DNA of 64,000 nt from Psammoneis japonica (taxonomy: Eukaryota): assembly GCA_008632985.1 (NCBI GenBank), contig QPGO01000135.1, positions 124,001-188,000 on the forward strand, written 5' to 3'. The notes under the pieces were generated by a model. It saw only the letters and a list, made by a program, of their open reading frames with translations, did no database searches and had not been told where the DNA came from. Made by a program: the position numbers and the translations under genes. Below, piece after piece: positions 1 through 13,158 of this stretch; within the stretch, counting starts at the first letter, position 1, and every line of letters starts with the position of its first letter.

Positions 1-300
1 GCAGATTTCTACGAGATTTTTTTGACATTTTGTGTCATTTTGTGGCACACTCATTGAGCAATCCGTCCAACTGCTTTTGACATTTTTTGTTGCAGCGCGA
101 TTCTACAATGTCTTAAGAATCATGTGGGGCAGGCACTTTTGCAAAAACATCGAGTGGCAAGAGGCACAATTGTGCCACAAACTTGGCCGTTTGTTTGATG
201 TTGAAGACAAATGTGTCCACTGATTAAATTCTCGCACTGCGGAGCTCACAAGCAGAATTCCACGGGCCCAATCTCACACGGAGTCCCACCCAGGGCTGGA
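1..300 (+). mobile_element. MITE family copy, left end outside the window
   Basis: Matches 1555-1855 and ends in the family right terminus gtcccacccagggctgga. Confidence 0.8.
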
Positions 301-302
301 AG

Positions 303-490
303 GTGCCAGATGAGCACTTGGCTGAAGACAGGTTGCAACTTCTTGATTCAGCAGATGAGCATCTCACTCACTCTGCTCATCTGATGCAAAATTGGTTGGC
401 TGCAGTGAAGCCCATGTTCAAGTCCAGCTTGTGGGAAGCCAAACGGCTGGCCATGAGAAGCACGTGTTCTGTTGCCAGCTGCTTTGGTTT
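303..490 (+). pseudogene. 3' end fragment of a non-LTR (LINE-like) ORF2
   Basis: HLAEDRLQLLDSADEHLTHS...NWLAAVKPMFKSS is homologous to 34457-34600, which continues the LINE fragment at 18935-19877. Confidence 0.6.
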
Positions 491-836
491 GCAGAATTCT
501 GCGTGCGAGCTCCGCAGCACAAGAGTTTGATTGATGGACACATTTGTCTTCAACATCAAATGAACGGCCAAGTTTGTGGTGCAATTGAACCTCTTGCCAC
601 TCAACGTTTTTGCAAATGCGCCTGCCCCATGCGATTCTCAAGACATTGTAGAATCGTGCTGCAACAAAAAATGTCAAAAGTTTTTGGACAGATCACTCAA
701 CAAGTGTGCCGTTAAATGACACAAAATGTCGAAAAAATCACGTGGAAATCTGTGTGCGCGTCATGCGACGTGATTCAAAAAACCGTTGATGTCACAGTTC
801 AGCAGTGCGAGGTCCCACCCAGACCTGGAACGCATC
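491..836 (-). mobile_element. MITE family copy, inverted, one end truncated
   Basis: Reverse complement of 1470-1815; terminus ctggaacgcatc ends at 836. Confidence 0.8.
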
Positions 837-876
837 AGCAGTTCAAAAACACCACCCTTGAAGCCAGCAATGACTC

Positions 877-1323
877 TGCAGCATGCATGCAGACAAAAGG
901 TTATTTTTGTCACGCCCTTTGTGACATTTAAAGGCTGCAACACGTCGCTGTGATGCATTGACTCTCATCAGTGGCTGCATGTTGCACTCCTCCCCATGTG
1001 TCACGCGTCCATGCGGCTCTTTGCCAACGTGTGCTGACACTGCACAGTTTTGGCAGAACAGTGTGGGCACGTGCAAAGGAACACACAGAACTGCACAGAG
1101 TTTCATGCGTTCGACAGTGATCAACGTTGCTGCAGACAACTCCCACTCAGGGTTTCGAACCCCTGGCCTCCTGCCCAATGGTTGCGATGAACCACTCCAC
1201 TGTGAATTCACAATGCAGCATGCATGCAGACAAAAGGTCATTTTTGTCACACCCTTTGTGACATTTAAAGGCTGCAACACTTCGCCGTGATACATTGACT
1301 CTTGTTGGCAGCTGCACTTTGCA
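877..1323 (-). mobile_element. TRIM (miniature LTR element, probably gypsy-derived)
   Basis: 110-bp direct repeats 877-986 and 1214-1323 with TG...CA ends; 4-bp TSD ACTC (873-876, 1324-1327); minus-strand PPT catggggaggag abutting the LTR; empty site with a single actc at about 3724. Confidence 0.8.
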
Positions 1324-1469
1324 ACTCCTCTGTTGTTTCAGACCTGGCGGCTCCTCTCTGAAGTGTCTTCGTTGCTTTGCTTCACTCTCCATCTGCATCT
1401 TTCACAGTGCACTTCATTTCTGCATTTTGTTTCTCTTTCAGTTTTGCAAACATTCGCCAAAGTTTGCTT

Positions 1470-2196
1470 GACGCGTTCCAGGTCTAGGTGGGACCTCGCA
1501 CTGCTGAACTGTGACATCGACAGTTTTTTGAATCACGTCGCATGTCGCGCATGCAGATTTCTGTGTGATTTTTTCAACATTTTGTGTCATTTTACGGTGC
1601 ACTTGTTGAGCAATCCATCCAAAAACTTTTGACATTTGTTGTCACAGCGCGATTCTACAATGTCTTAAGAATCGCGCAGGGCAGGTGCATTTGCAAAAAC
1701 GTCGAGTGGCAAGAGGCACAATTGCACCACAAACTTGGCCGTTTGTTTGATGTTGAAGACAAATGTGTCCATCAATTAAATTCTCGTGCTACGGAGCTCG
1801 CACGCAGAATTCTGCGGGCCCAATGTCACACGGAGTCCCACCTGGGGCTGGAATGCGTCGGTTTTTTGAATCGCGTCGCATGTCGCGCATGTGCATTTCT
1901 ACGTGATTTTGGTGAAATTTTGCATCATTTTATGGTGCAATTATCAGGCGATCCATTCAACAACTTTTAATGGTTTTTTCTTCCACGCCATTCTCGAGTG
2001 TCTCAAGAATGGCGTGGGGCAGGTGCGTTGTCCAAAACTTCGAGTGCGAACAGAGACACATGTGCTGCAAACTTGGCCGTTTGTTTTATGTCGAAGACAA
2101 ACACATCCATCAACCAGAGTGCGAACTGCAGAGCTCGCACGCAGAATTCTACGGGGCAAATGTCACAAAAAGTCCCACCCAGGACTGGAGCCCGTC
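1470..2196 (+). mobile_element. Two adjacent MITE copies (1470-1859 complete; 1860-2196 lacking left end)
   Basis: TIRs gacgcgttccaggtctaggtgggac ... gtcccacctggggctggaatgcgtc; the second copy ends ctggagcccgtc. Confidence 0.8.
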
Positions 2197-2590
2197 GCCC
2201 CGCACTTGGGCTGAGCTCGGCATTTCACCCATTTCCCATTTCCCAAATCCTTTTCCCTTCTTAGCTTCACTTTCCCTTCAGCCTCACCCCCTGGCCTTTG
2301 CCCGCTGTCCACTGCCCGAACCCTGTCAAGTTGACACACAATTTTTTGTTTGGCGGTGTCTGTTTTTTTTGTCAGTTTGTCTGTGGGTGTGTCATTTCCA
2401 TGCTGACCTGACATTGATTTTTGTGCTTGGCAGTGTCATGTTGTCCGTGCTCCCCTTTCCCATTTCCTTTTCCCCGCTTTCATTTGTCATGTGAGGGGAG
2501 GCTTGGTCAGCTGGGCTGCCCGGCTGTTTCAGCACTCAAATGCCAAGCATGCCAGCAGCCATCGAGGCCGGCCACATGATGATCGTCGCT

Positions 2591-2985
2591 GACGTGCTCC
2601 AGCTCTGGGTGGGACCTCGCGCTGCTGAACTGTGACACAATTGTTTTTTGTCACCCGTCGCATGTTTCACACGTACATTTCTGTGTGTTCCATTATAAAA
2701 AATTGTTCCACACTGCCTGTTTTGCGAAGCCAAAGGCTTTCTGTTGTCTACACTTGCGTCAATGAAAATGCGCAGGTGTGTTCTTCAATGTCCAAAGAAC
2801 ACACCCGGGCATGCTGCAAAGAATGTGCTTCAAGTGTGGAGGAGGAGATGCGTTTGCAAAATTGCCTCTTTTTCTGTTGGCGATCATTCACACATCCATT
2901 GCTCAACAATTTTGCTGCGGAGCTCGCACGCAGAATTCTGCAGGCCCAATGTCACAAAAAGTCCCACCTGGGACTGGAACCCGTC
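2591..2985 (+). mobile_element. MITE family copy (second internal subtype)
   Basis: gacgtgctccagctctgggtgggac ... gtcccacctgggactggaacccgtc; interior matches 17028-17825 and 44416-44763. Confidence 0.8.
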
Positions 2986-3687
2986 CATTGCAGCCTCTGC
3001 TGCAGTCAAGCAGCTGCGCCCCGGTGACATTGCAGAAGATCCGGTGCTGATGGTTTGGTTCCTGGACAGAGCGGCCCATCCACATGACTTTCTTGAGTTG
3101 GCAAAAACATGTTGGTCCTCAAGCCCTCCGCGGCATGGAGCACAAGTTCTCTGCTCAAGCGGGCCAACTCATCAAGCCCCGCTCCGTGATCAGACCACTC
3201 GATGGGAACCCGCACTTTTCCTTTGCACTCCCAGCCCCAAGTGTTGTGCCCCCTTGAAAGGAGCAACCTTTTTGTCAGGTGCCGTTCGCAGTGTGGGGTG
3301 GGCAAGAGGTGGTGCGCTGTCCGATCCAGACGCGCCAGCTTCTGTGGCTGCCAGGCTTCTTGGAGTTGTCCATCAGCCGACTGGGCAAGCCAACAGAGCC
3401 AACTCTCATGCAAGGACTCCAACAAACACTGGCAGCTGCAGCAACCACCCACGTGATCACTGTTTTGTTTTGTGCCAAGGCGCCATCGCACTGCACTGCC
3501 CCAGTTGATCCAGGGCAGCAGAGCATCGGAGCTCACTGCCATTCCCGCCCCGGCCTCAATCACTTCCGCCACTTCAGGCTTTTTATCTGCCCAGATGACT
3601 TCATTCCTGTGCTGCTCAGCCAGGGGCACCATGGAGCTCTGGTTTTCTGCTGTCAAGCCCTGAAAATGTTTGGCGACGCCAACAAAC

Positions 3688-4240
3688 AGCAGCTCAACAA
3701 CGCCGCCCTTGAAGCCAGCGATGACTCTTCTGTTGTTTCAGACCTGCCAGCTCCTCTCTGAAGTGCCCTCCTTGCTTTGCTGCACTCTCCATCTGCATCT
3801 TTCACAGCGCACTTCACTTTTGCATTTTGTTTCTCTCTTTCAGTTTTGTGCTTGAGCTGAGTTCTGCACTTTGCCTGTTTCCCATTTCCCATTTCCTTTT
3901 CCCTTCTTGGCTTTGCCTTCCCTTCAGCCTCACCTTTTGGCCTTTGCCTGCTGTCCGCTGCCCAAACCCAGTCAAATTGACACACAATTTTTTGTTTGGT
4001 GGTGTCATGTTTTTTGTCAGTTTGTCTGTGGGTGTGTCATTTCCATGCTGACCTGACATTGATTTTTGTGCTTGGCGGTGTCATGTTGTCCGTGCTCCCC
4101 TTTCCCATTTCGTTTTCCCCGCTCCCATTTGTCATGTGAAGGGAGGCTTGATTGGCTGGGCTGCCTGGTTGTTTCAGCATTCAAGTGCCAAGCATGGCAG
4201 CGGCCGTCAAGGCTGGCCACATGATGGTCATCATTGCTGG
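3688..4240 (+). repeat. Uninterrupted copy of the segment split by TRIM/MITE insertions at 837-2590
   Basis: Matches 837-876, 1324-1446 and about 2205-2590 collinearly. Confidence 0.75.
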
Positions 4241-4869
4241 CGGGGCTTGAGCAAGATTTCAGTTTGTCACACACAATCATGTGTGCTCTTGGCTCCAGGC
4301 TCGTCACATGAACGCAAATTGCTTTTGAGCCACATGGCTCACAAGAACAACAACAGAGGCGCTGACATCACGACACCAGTCTTTCGGCTCCTGCAACAGT
4401 CTCTGCGCGGGATGTGTTTCATCCCAGGTGGGTCGCGCGCACGCGAGGGTGTGACATTTCACCTGTCTGTTTTCCGTCACCGTGCATTTTGTACAAGGAA
4501 ATCTTCTCATGCTTTCCCCCGATTTGTCGAATCTTCTTTCCTCAGATCTGTTCATTTTCAATGATGGGCCGTCTTCTTTGTGCATTGGAGGTTGCGGACA
4601 AGAAGAGAAAGATCTTCCAGCATCATTTTTTTGGCAAGATGCTGACATGCAATGGCGTGCCGTTGTTTTCGCTTCGACTTTGAGCCACAGTTTTGCTTCT
4701 TCTTTAATCGCGCCTGACTCTTTTGAAAGAATGCCCGCATTCTCCATTGTGCGAAGAAAGTCGCCGAAGAAAGAATGAAGTCACAGCTGCTTTTGTTTCA
4801 TGAGAAAATCCGGGTGAACTGACTCGCGTGTCATTTTGTGCGCATGGTGGCTGTTGTGCACTGTTGTGC

Positions 4870-7800
4870 TTGCCATGCCCAAACAGAGCAAGAGAGACAA
4901 GCAAAACAAAGAGCGGAAGGAATTCTTTTGGGCAGCAAGATCTTCAGCCATCTTGATTGGCGACAAGAGCAATCAGAGTGACAGCAGCAGCACCGCAAAA
5001 GCGGCTCCACCCGCCAAGTGTTGCAATGGATTGGCATCAGCACCCAATTTGCCTCCACCGGATGTGCAAAAGGACCCTGGAAACAGATCTTCTAGACCCG
5101 AGGTCCCCCCTGAAGTTAGCTCATTGGGCTTTGTGGATGCCGTCCTTTCAATGAGGGGTTCAATGCAAGAACAAGCGGCTGTGTTGAACAAAAATGTCGT
5201 CACCTTGAATGAAGCACTGAACGACCCAAGGCTTGGTCAGCACATGGCTCTCATTTCTCCTGGTTGGACAAGAATCAGCTCACAGAAGCACAGTCAATGT
5301 GGACAATGCCGCAACCAATGTGCAAATCTGTCAACACCAGGCATGTCCACCCGGTTGACGAGCTTGCACATTTCCACCACAAGCCAGACTGCATGAGTGG
5401 GAAACCGCGGCAGGGAAGCAATGTGCCGTTGGCAGCAAGGAAGGCAAAGAACAGTGCAAAGCAGAACACAGTGGCCGCAGTGCTGGATGCAGGTGACATT
5501 GAGCAGCAAAGACTGGCGTTGCGGGATGCCCTTGCAGATCCAAAAATAAGAACTGTGTCATCATCAATGGGCTTCAATTCTGAGGAGGTAAAAGCCGGTC
5601 TGCAAATGATCCGCAGCACCAGGCAACTCTTGCAAGCTACAAGGGACACAAACAAGAAGAACTGCCGACCAACTGATGACCGACATGCCATTGTCAACAG
5701 TGCTGGACTTGCTGCAGTGAGCACTCCGCCAGAATCCCCAGAAGAAGAAGCAGCACGAGTTGGGAAGGAAAGGATGGGTGTGTCGCACAGAGGATTGAGT
5801 GGCAGCTTGGCCTTCCCCGCTCCGCTGGTGTTCGATTGTTTGCCCAATCGGAAAAGAAGAGGAAGGGAGCAAAGGCTGGGGATGAACAATCGCGCGAACT
5901 GGTGGACAAAAAGAAACCCTGGTCGAAGTGCTCTGATGAGCTTGCAGGCAGCTTGAGAGAATGGATTCTTAAAAACAGATGTGTTCGCGACTCTCCTCTT
6001 AAAAATGACACCATTGGGAAGCGGGGCCACAAAGGTGAGATGCTCTTGTTTGGCTCGGTTTAATGCAAGTGCGACTTGATCAAAAAGCAGAAATCTTTTT
6101 GTACAAACACAGGGGTTGTCGAAAGGAAAGATGATGGCAAGCCCGAGGAAATCCAAAGAAAGCTCCTGACCATGTCACCATGAGAACTCCACAATGAAAT
6201 GACAAGAGAGCCACACAATGGCGGATTTGAAGGAGCTCGTGACAACAGTGGTGACGTGTTCATCACTGAGATGGCCCCAAGAAAATGTGCGCCAAACTGG
6301 GTGACAAGAATGACAAAACGGCACAGGCAAATGTGCGGTTGCAAAGTTTGTGTCATGTGCAATGACATGCAGGAATCGTTGAACCACTGGTGCGGCAGAA
6401 AGGTGAAACGGCTCATGGATGAAGCGGAGTCGATGGACCAAGGTCCAAACAAAAGGACTCAGCTGGAAGAGGTGGCGCAGCACAAGGCTGATGTGTTGCA
6501 CGAAGATGGCACACCTCTTCACAAAAGAGCATGGGATGCTGCCGAAACTGTTGGTTGTGGCAACGTCAAAGGGAAGTCGCATCCTCACTTTGGCTGTGTT
6601 CTAAGAAGATGCCCAAATTGTCCTGCATGCCAAGTCCCCAATGCAGAGGAGGGCTGCAATGAACACATCAGCTGCAATGTGTTCTCGACATTTAAGAAAT
6701 GCAACATCCACAGTGCCGGCCACATTGGCAAGGGAACCAACAAATGCGAGGCACGTGAGCAGATGACCGATGACGAAAAGGCGAAGCTCAAGAAAAGGCC
6801 TGAGGTTGCCTCCAGAAAGTTGAGGGCAAGAGTCACCAAGCTGATGAAGGATTTCGTGGCAAAAAAGGGAACATGTGCCAAGCATCTCGACAAAATGTTT
6901 TGCCACAAGACACACGCAATCATGCTTGGGACCAATGGATGTGTCAAGTCGAGAAAGGAGAAAGCGGATGGGGACGATGGAGTTGTCCTGACAGGGCGCG
7001 ATCAAGCTGAGCACATGATGCCGGCCTGATGGAGAGACAATGTCTGAACGATTCGGAAACGATCGAAACGTGTCAATGGAAGGAGCCACCATCAACTTTA
7101 AGGTCCAAGGCGAGACAGAATGCAAGACAGCACCTCACTCACATTTGTCTGATGAGAAATGGCAGGATGCGCCACCGTGTGTGAGAACATCAAAGCCATG
7201 CTTGAGGATCTTGTTCAAAGGGGTGAAATGACACAAGCAAAAATGAAGAAAATGTTGGACCACGTGGATGGATGCTGTTGCCAGTGCCGAAGTGGCCCGT
7301 TTTGTTCCTTCTCTCGCTGCTGGCCTTCGAGCACAAAATCACACACGACCAAGCAGTGTCCGCTCCTGGGCATGGCAAGGGCATGGTGGACTCACAGAAT
7401 GGAGTGGACAAGACAGAACTGGACAAGTTCTTCACTTGTCTTGTGTCCCCACCCGAGGCTGTAGAAGATGACAAAAAGAACATCAGCATTCATGCCATGG
7501 ATAGAGAAGAGTGTTCTAGCCTGGCTGCTGCAGCTTTTGAGGTCTTGAGTGATCCGGACAGGGCATGCAGAGTCATCAGTCACTCGTGTTGAAGGAAGCG
7601 TCACATGGACAGGAAAATGAAAGAGTGATGATGCATTCTTTGGCCTGAGGATCTCGCGAAGTGGCGCGACCTGAAGATGAAAGCATTGGGATTTGACAAG
7701 GGTGAGTGCAATGGTTTGCTGGCACACCACAATCTGGTTGCGGACTTCATGCTGGGACCGAGCACCACAGTGGTGCAAAGGATTCCTTGCAGCTGCCGGG

Positions 7801-8586
7801 GTGCCAAGAAAGGAAGTCCGCGAGTGGGTGAGTGACGTTGACACAAAGGACCAACCTCGGCATGCAGGGCCTTGCAAAGAATGCATTTTATGGCCAATCT
7901 TCAAGATCGATGACACAAAAGGATGGAATGATTACAAGACATTGACTTTCAGGAGGAACAAGGACTGTGACGAAGAGGACGTAAATGACGCGAATGCTGT
8001 TGCCTTGAGAGGCCTTGGCAAGACTCTGTCGGAGAGCGTGTCGGATGGTGGGCACGGAGCATGTGAAGTTTCCAGAGATGATGATTGTGACTGCCACCTG
8101 GTGAGGTGGGCAGGAACACCATGGAAAGTTGAAGAGGACAGCGACATTACAGTGGGTGAGAATGCAGTTAGGGTGACCAAGGGCGAGTGGGTGTGCAAGG
8201 CAGAGTGGTTTTACAAAGTGCCTGGCACACGGCTCTGGTTTGCACCTTCTACAGAGTGTTGCATTGTTCGCATGCAACAAGTTCTTGCTGCAGATCTCCA
8301 TCTTGTGCCGATGGACAACAGCAATGCATTGCCTGGGCTTCCAAAGCAAACTGCGGTGGAGGCGACAAGGTTGGGAGCCATGCGGGTTCAGGATGAAGAC
8401 CATGACTCGATGATGGATGAAAGAGAGAGGAGGGATGGGGTGGACTTTGAAGAGATTGATGAGGAAGCGGAAGATGATGCAGGTGATGAGCATGGGAGCA
8501 ACGACGAAGCAGATGTTGATGAAGAAGATGGGGCGAGTAAACAAGTGGAACGACTTTTCGCTACAATGCAATGGCCTGCAAGTTAG
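4870..8586 (+). pseudogene. Frameshifted DDD-type DNA transposase (possibly Sola-like) with Cys-rich N-terminal region
   Basis: Consecutive ORF pieces carry RDQAEH (DF/YAE-like), HVDGCCCQCRS (DGCxxQYxS-like) and APGHGKGMVDSQNGVDK (HGKxxxD) motifs. Superfamily assignment is from recall and unverified. Confidence 0.6.
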
Positions 8587-8688
8587 GACAGAAAACAACA
8601 TGACGGACAAAGTGAGAAATGCATCAGGCAAAGAAATGCAATGCCAAACCACAACCAAAACACACAGCAAGCAGCAATGCAATTGAAA

Positions 8689-11600
8689 TGTAAGATGTGT
8701 GACAACAATGCAGCAGAGCAATGGCCTGAAAGACACAGAACAGAAAGACGCAAGGAGAAAAGTGAGCAAAGAATCAGTTGCAAACCACAAACGACAATCA
8801 AGGCTTTCATCACATGACAAACTGACAATGGCGATTGAAATTTTAGACCTTGCACCAATGCTGCAGCAAAGCACCGGCCGACAGATGCAGAAAAAAAAAC
8901 ACTGGGAAAAAAAGTGAGAAAATGCGTCAGCAAGGAGAAGAATCCATTGCAAACCACAAAAGAAAGCACCTCTTTGATTGTAAGACAAAGCTACAACACC
9001 AACGCAATGGCCAAGCAAAAAAAATTGGTGTGGCTAGCCAGTGGAAAAGGCGATTGAACGATGCATCTTGCAGAATCGTTCGGTGCAATCCGATTGCAAA
9101 CAAAAAGACAGCTGTCATGCCTCGTGTCCGAAGCACCTGCAATGTGCCTCAGCACCAACACAAATGCAAAAAGAAACAAGATGAGCAGATCAAGCGTGTT
9201 TGTGTTGGCACATTGCCAAGTTTTTACCTTTGGAGACTCCATGGCTGTTGACTGTGTGACAAAGGAATTCACAGCTCTGGCGGTGTTGTGTCATGTTGCA
9301 TGGGGGCCGATTGTAAGATTTGCAAATGCGAAACACAGAAGTGTGTGTCGACAACTGAGAGCTCGATTTTTCTACACAACTGCAGCATTCAAAGTGCGTC
9401 ACACATAGAAACACGTAGAAAACCTCGTGTTTTGTCCCCGAGTGACCCACCTGGAATGAAAACACATCCAAGGCATTGCGACAGGACCCGGAAAATTTTT
9501 ACTTGTGCGAAGGCTGTTGGAAGGCGAAGGCCTTTGCTGCCTTTGAGAATGCAGCGGATGCACAGAACGCAGAGCCGTTGGCATCTTTCACGCATTGTGT
9601 GGCTGCTGTTCTCAAAAGCACACTCCCGGAAAGGGCTGCACTCACTTAGAAGCACCGCACAAGGCGTTTTGTGAGGGAGCGGTCAACAGTCAAAATTCGT
9701 GAGCATGTTGCTCATGCAATGGAGATGAACGCACATGTCACAAAATTTCCGCCTGTGGAAGATGGTGGAGCTGCACCACAATCGCTGCCAGATGACGAGC
9801 TGACAGATGTGGCTGAACATGGCATCCCACGCTCTTGGCAGCACGAGCTGAAAATCCAAGGATGGAATCCTTTGGCCCGCACCATGGCAGAACTCATGGT
9901 GTTCTGTGAACGTGTCAAGAAGACAGAAGCATCAGAGAAGCCGATCATCACTGACCCTCAGAAAAATGACCCGATCCCACAGAAAAAGCAGGGCAGTCGT
10001 GAACGCCGTCACTCGCACGATTTGACAGCAGAAGCGGAAAAGCAAACCGTGGTGATGTCAGATGGAAAACGTGGTCATGTGTGCATGCTGCATGGTGCAT
10101 GCAACCACACTGCTGATGATTGCTGGTCTTTGAAACGGCAGATCAAGAAACTCAAGACTGCGGGTGCAGATGGATCCGAGCACAGGAATGCATGCAAGCG
10201 CAGCACTGACGTGCGCAAGGAAGAACTCAACATTTGTAAGATGTGCAACAACAATGCAGCAGAGCAACGGCCTGAAAGACACAGAACAGAAAGACGCAAG
10301 GAGAAAAGTGAGCAAAGAATCAGTTGCAAACCACAAACGACAATCAAGGCTTTCATCACATGACAAACTGACAATGGCGATTGAAATTTTAGACCTTGCA
10401 CCAATGCTGCAGCAAAGCACCGGCCCGACAGATGCAGAAAAAAAAAACACTGGGAAAAAAGTGAGAAAATGCGTCAGCAAGGAAAAGAATCCGTTGCAAA
10501 CCGCAAAAGAAAGCACCTCTTTGATTGCAAGACAAAGCTGCAACACCAACGTAATGGCCAAGCAAAAAAAATTGGTGTGGCCAGCCAGTGGAAAAGGCGA
10601 TTGAACGATGCATCTTGCAGAATCGTTCGGTGCAATCCGATTGCAAACAAAAAGACAGCTGTCATGCCTCGTGTCCAAAGCACCCACAATGTGCCTCAGC
10701 ACCAACACAAATGCAAAAAGAAACAAGATGAGCAGATCAAGCGTGTTTGTGTTGGCACATTGCCAAGTTTTTACCTTTGGAGACTCCATGGCTGTTGACT
10801 GTGTGACAAAGGAATTCACAGCTCTGGCGGTGTTGTGTCATGTTGCATGGGGGCCAATTGTAAGATTTGCAAATGCGAAACACAGAAGTGTGTGTCGACA
10901 ACTGAGAGCTCGATTTTTCTACACAACTGCAGCATTCAAAGTGCGTCACATGTAGAAACACGTAGAAAACCTCGTGTTTTGTCCCCGAGTGACCCACCTG
11001 GAATGAAAACACATCCAAGGCATTGCGACAGGACCCGGAAAATTTTTGCTTGTGCGAAGGCTGTTGGAAGGCGAAGGCCTTTGCTGCCTTTGAGAATGCA
11101 GCGGGTGCACAGAACACAGAGCCGTTGGCATCTTTCACGCATTGTGTGGCTGCTGTTCTCAAAAGCACACTCCCGGAAAGGGCTGCACTCACTTAGAAGC
11201 ACCGCACAAGGCGTTTTGTGAGGGAGTGGTCAACAGTCAAAATTCGTGAGCATGTTGCTCATGCAATGGAGATGAACGCGCATGTCACAAAATTTCCGCC
11301 TGTGGAAGATGGTGGAGCTGCACCACAATCGCTGCCAGATGACAAGCTGACAGATGTGGCTGAACATGGCATCCCACGCTCTTGGCAGCACGAGCTGAAA
11401 ATCCAAGGATGGAATCCTTTGGCCCACACCATGGCAGAACTCATGGTGTTCTGTGAACGTGTCAAGAAGACAGAAGCATCAGAGAAGCCGATCATCACTG
11501 ACCCTCAGAAAAATGACCCGATCCCACAGAAAAAGCGGGGCAGTCATGAATGCCATCACTCGCACGATTTGACAGCAGAAGCGGAAAAGCAAACCGTGGT

Positions 11601-11780
11601 GATGTCAGATGGAAAATGTGGTCATGTGTGCATGCTGCATGGTGCATGCAACCACACTGCTGATGATTGCTGGTCTTTGAAACGGCAGATCAAGAAACTC
11701 AAGACTGCGGGTGCAGATGGATCCGAGCACAGGAATGCATGCAAGCGCAGCACTGACGTGCGCAAGGAAGAACTCAACAT
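8689..11780 (+). repeat. Tandem duplication, unit about 1546 bp (8689-10234, 10235-11780)
   Basis: Both units start tgtaagatgtg and end aagaactcaacatt; near-identical throughout. Confidence 0.95.
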
Positions 11781-11874
11781 TGTCGTTGACAAGGCCGTTG
11801 ATGCCGCGTTGAAATGCGAAGCTCAGGACAAAGCAAAGGTGGACGAAGAACTTGAGGATGGGTCACCCAGATGA
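9680..11874 (+). pseudogene. gag: Ty3/gypsy gag C-terminal part, present twice through the duplication (about 9680-10232 and 11227-11874)
   Basis: LPDDELTDVAEHGIPRSWQ...FCERV and zinc-knuckle-like CMLHGACNHTADDC, upstream of a protease. Confidence 0.65.
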
Positions 11875-12484
11875 GGCATTTTTTCAATTGGCTCGTGATT
11901 TGCAATTTCCCTGCACTTCGCCCACGTCATTTTGTGATGCCTCCGAGCACCCTCAAACACATGTGACTGTGTCCAGCCCCCATCAGGGCTGTTGGATCTG
12001 TGTGTGAACCACACACCCCAACCTTCAAATGCCAGTTGTCGGATTTGGTGCAGTTGTTGCATGTGACAAACCGCTGTTTTTCACCAAAATCACACTGCTC
12101 ATGGGAGACAAGCCACAACTTTCCAGGAAAAGCCAACAACTGGCATTTGACTGGCTGTGGACATGTCTGCAGTCGTCAAGCTAAAGACCGCGCATGGTCA
12201 CAACCATCACCAACACATTCTGTGATGTCTTTCAAAGGGACAAAGTTCAGCCCATTGCTGAAAATGTTTTGTTGGCGAGTGCGCACATCCAGCACAAAAA
12301 ATCCGGGTTTCTTCCAAAAAAATGCAAGCTCGTGCACAAACAGACCTCATCTTGATGATCCATCCTCAATGCCTTCAAAAATTTATCCCTCTCTGAGGAC
12401 TCAGATGCTGACACCAATGACGTGAAAGCAAGTCACATCTGAAGTGCCGGCCGACATGGCAGTGATCTGCACAACTTTGGCAGC

Positions 12485-13158
12485 TTGGACGAATGTCTCA
12501 ATGCTCAAGTGCAGCATTCACGCAGCCATGTTGTGGGCCAATCACGCAAACGCTCTAAGTTGGAGCACTTGTGTCCCATGCTGTTTGTCTCTCTGAATGC
12601 CAGACACGGTGAAGAGGATGGACAAATTGCAAAGGCTCTTTTGGACAGTGGTGCCAGTGGCACCTTGGTGTCCTCCAAGCATGCAAAAAGACCGAGACAC
12701 AAAGAGTCACCCCAAAAGACTTGGGGCACTGCCGCTGGCACATTTTCCATGTCGGCGGGCTGCAGAATGGACATGACATTTCCTGAACTGTCATCTGTGG
12801 CGGAAACCAGACAAATGGCACATGTGCGTGAAGGAGACCCAGGATGGTGTGATGTGATCATTGGAAGTGACATGCTTGAACCTCTGGGTGCAGACATTGT
12901 GTTCTCCAAACAGGCTGTTGAATGGCCCAGAGTCAATGCTGACATTCCCATGAGGAGCGTGGACTCTGCCATTGAAACATCATTTCACATCAAGGACTCT
13001 CCGGAGCTTCGCAGTGAAAGTGACCGTGTGGCGACCATGCCAGCCGCCAAGTGCAAAAAGGCCAATCTCACTGAGATTGCACATGAAACGAAAGGCCTTG
13101 ATGACATGCAGCAGAAGGAGCTGCGCGCTCTTTTGCTCAAGTGCGAAGCGCTGTTCGA
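12485..13158 (+). pseudogene. pol: Ty3/gypsy aspartic protease region
   Basis: KALLDSGAS and DVIIGSDML motifs; ends at LLKCEALFDG where an insertion begins. Confidence 0.85.

Noticed and set aside
2990..3685. GC-richer coding-like stretch, possibly a YR element ORF1 end
   Set aside because: No motif strong enough to assign.
8689..8720. tgtaagatg as the start of a gypsy LTR
   Set aside because: No matching CA end, PBS or TSD; it is the duplication breakpoint.
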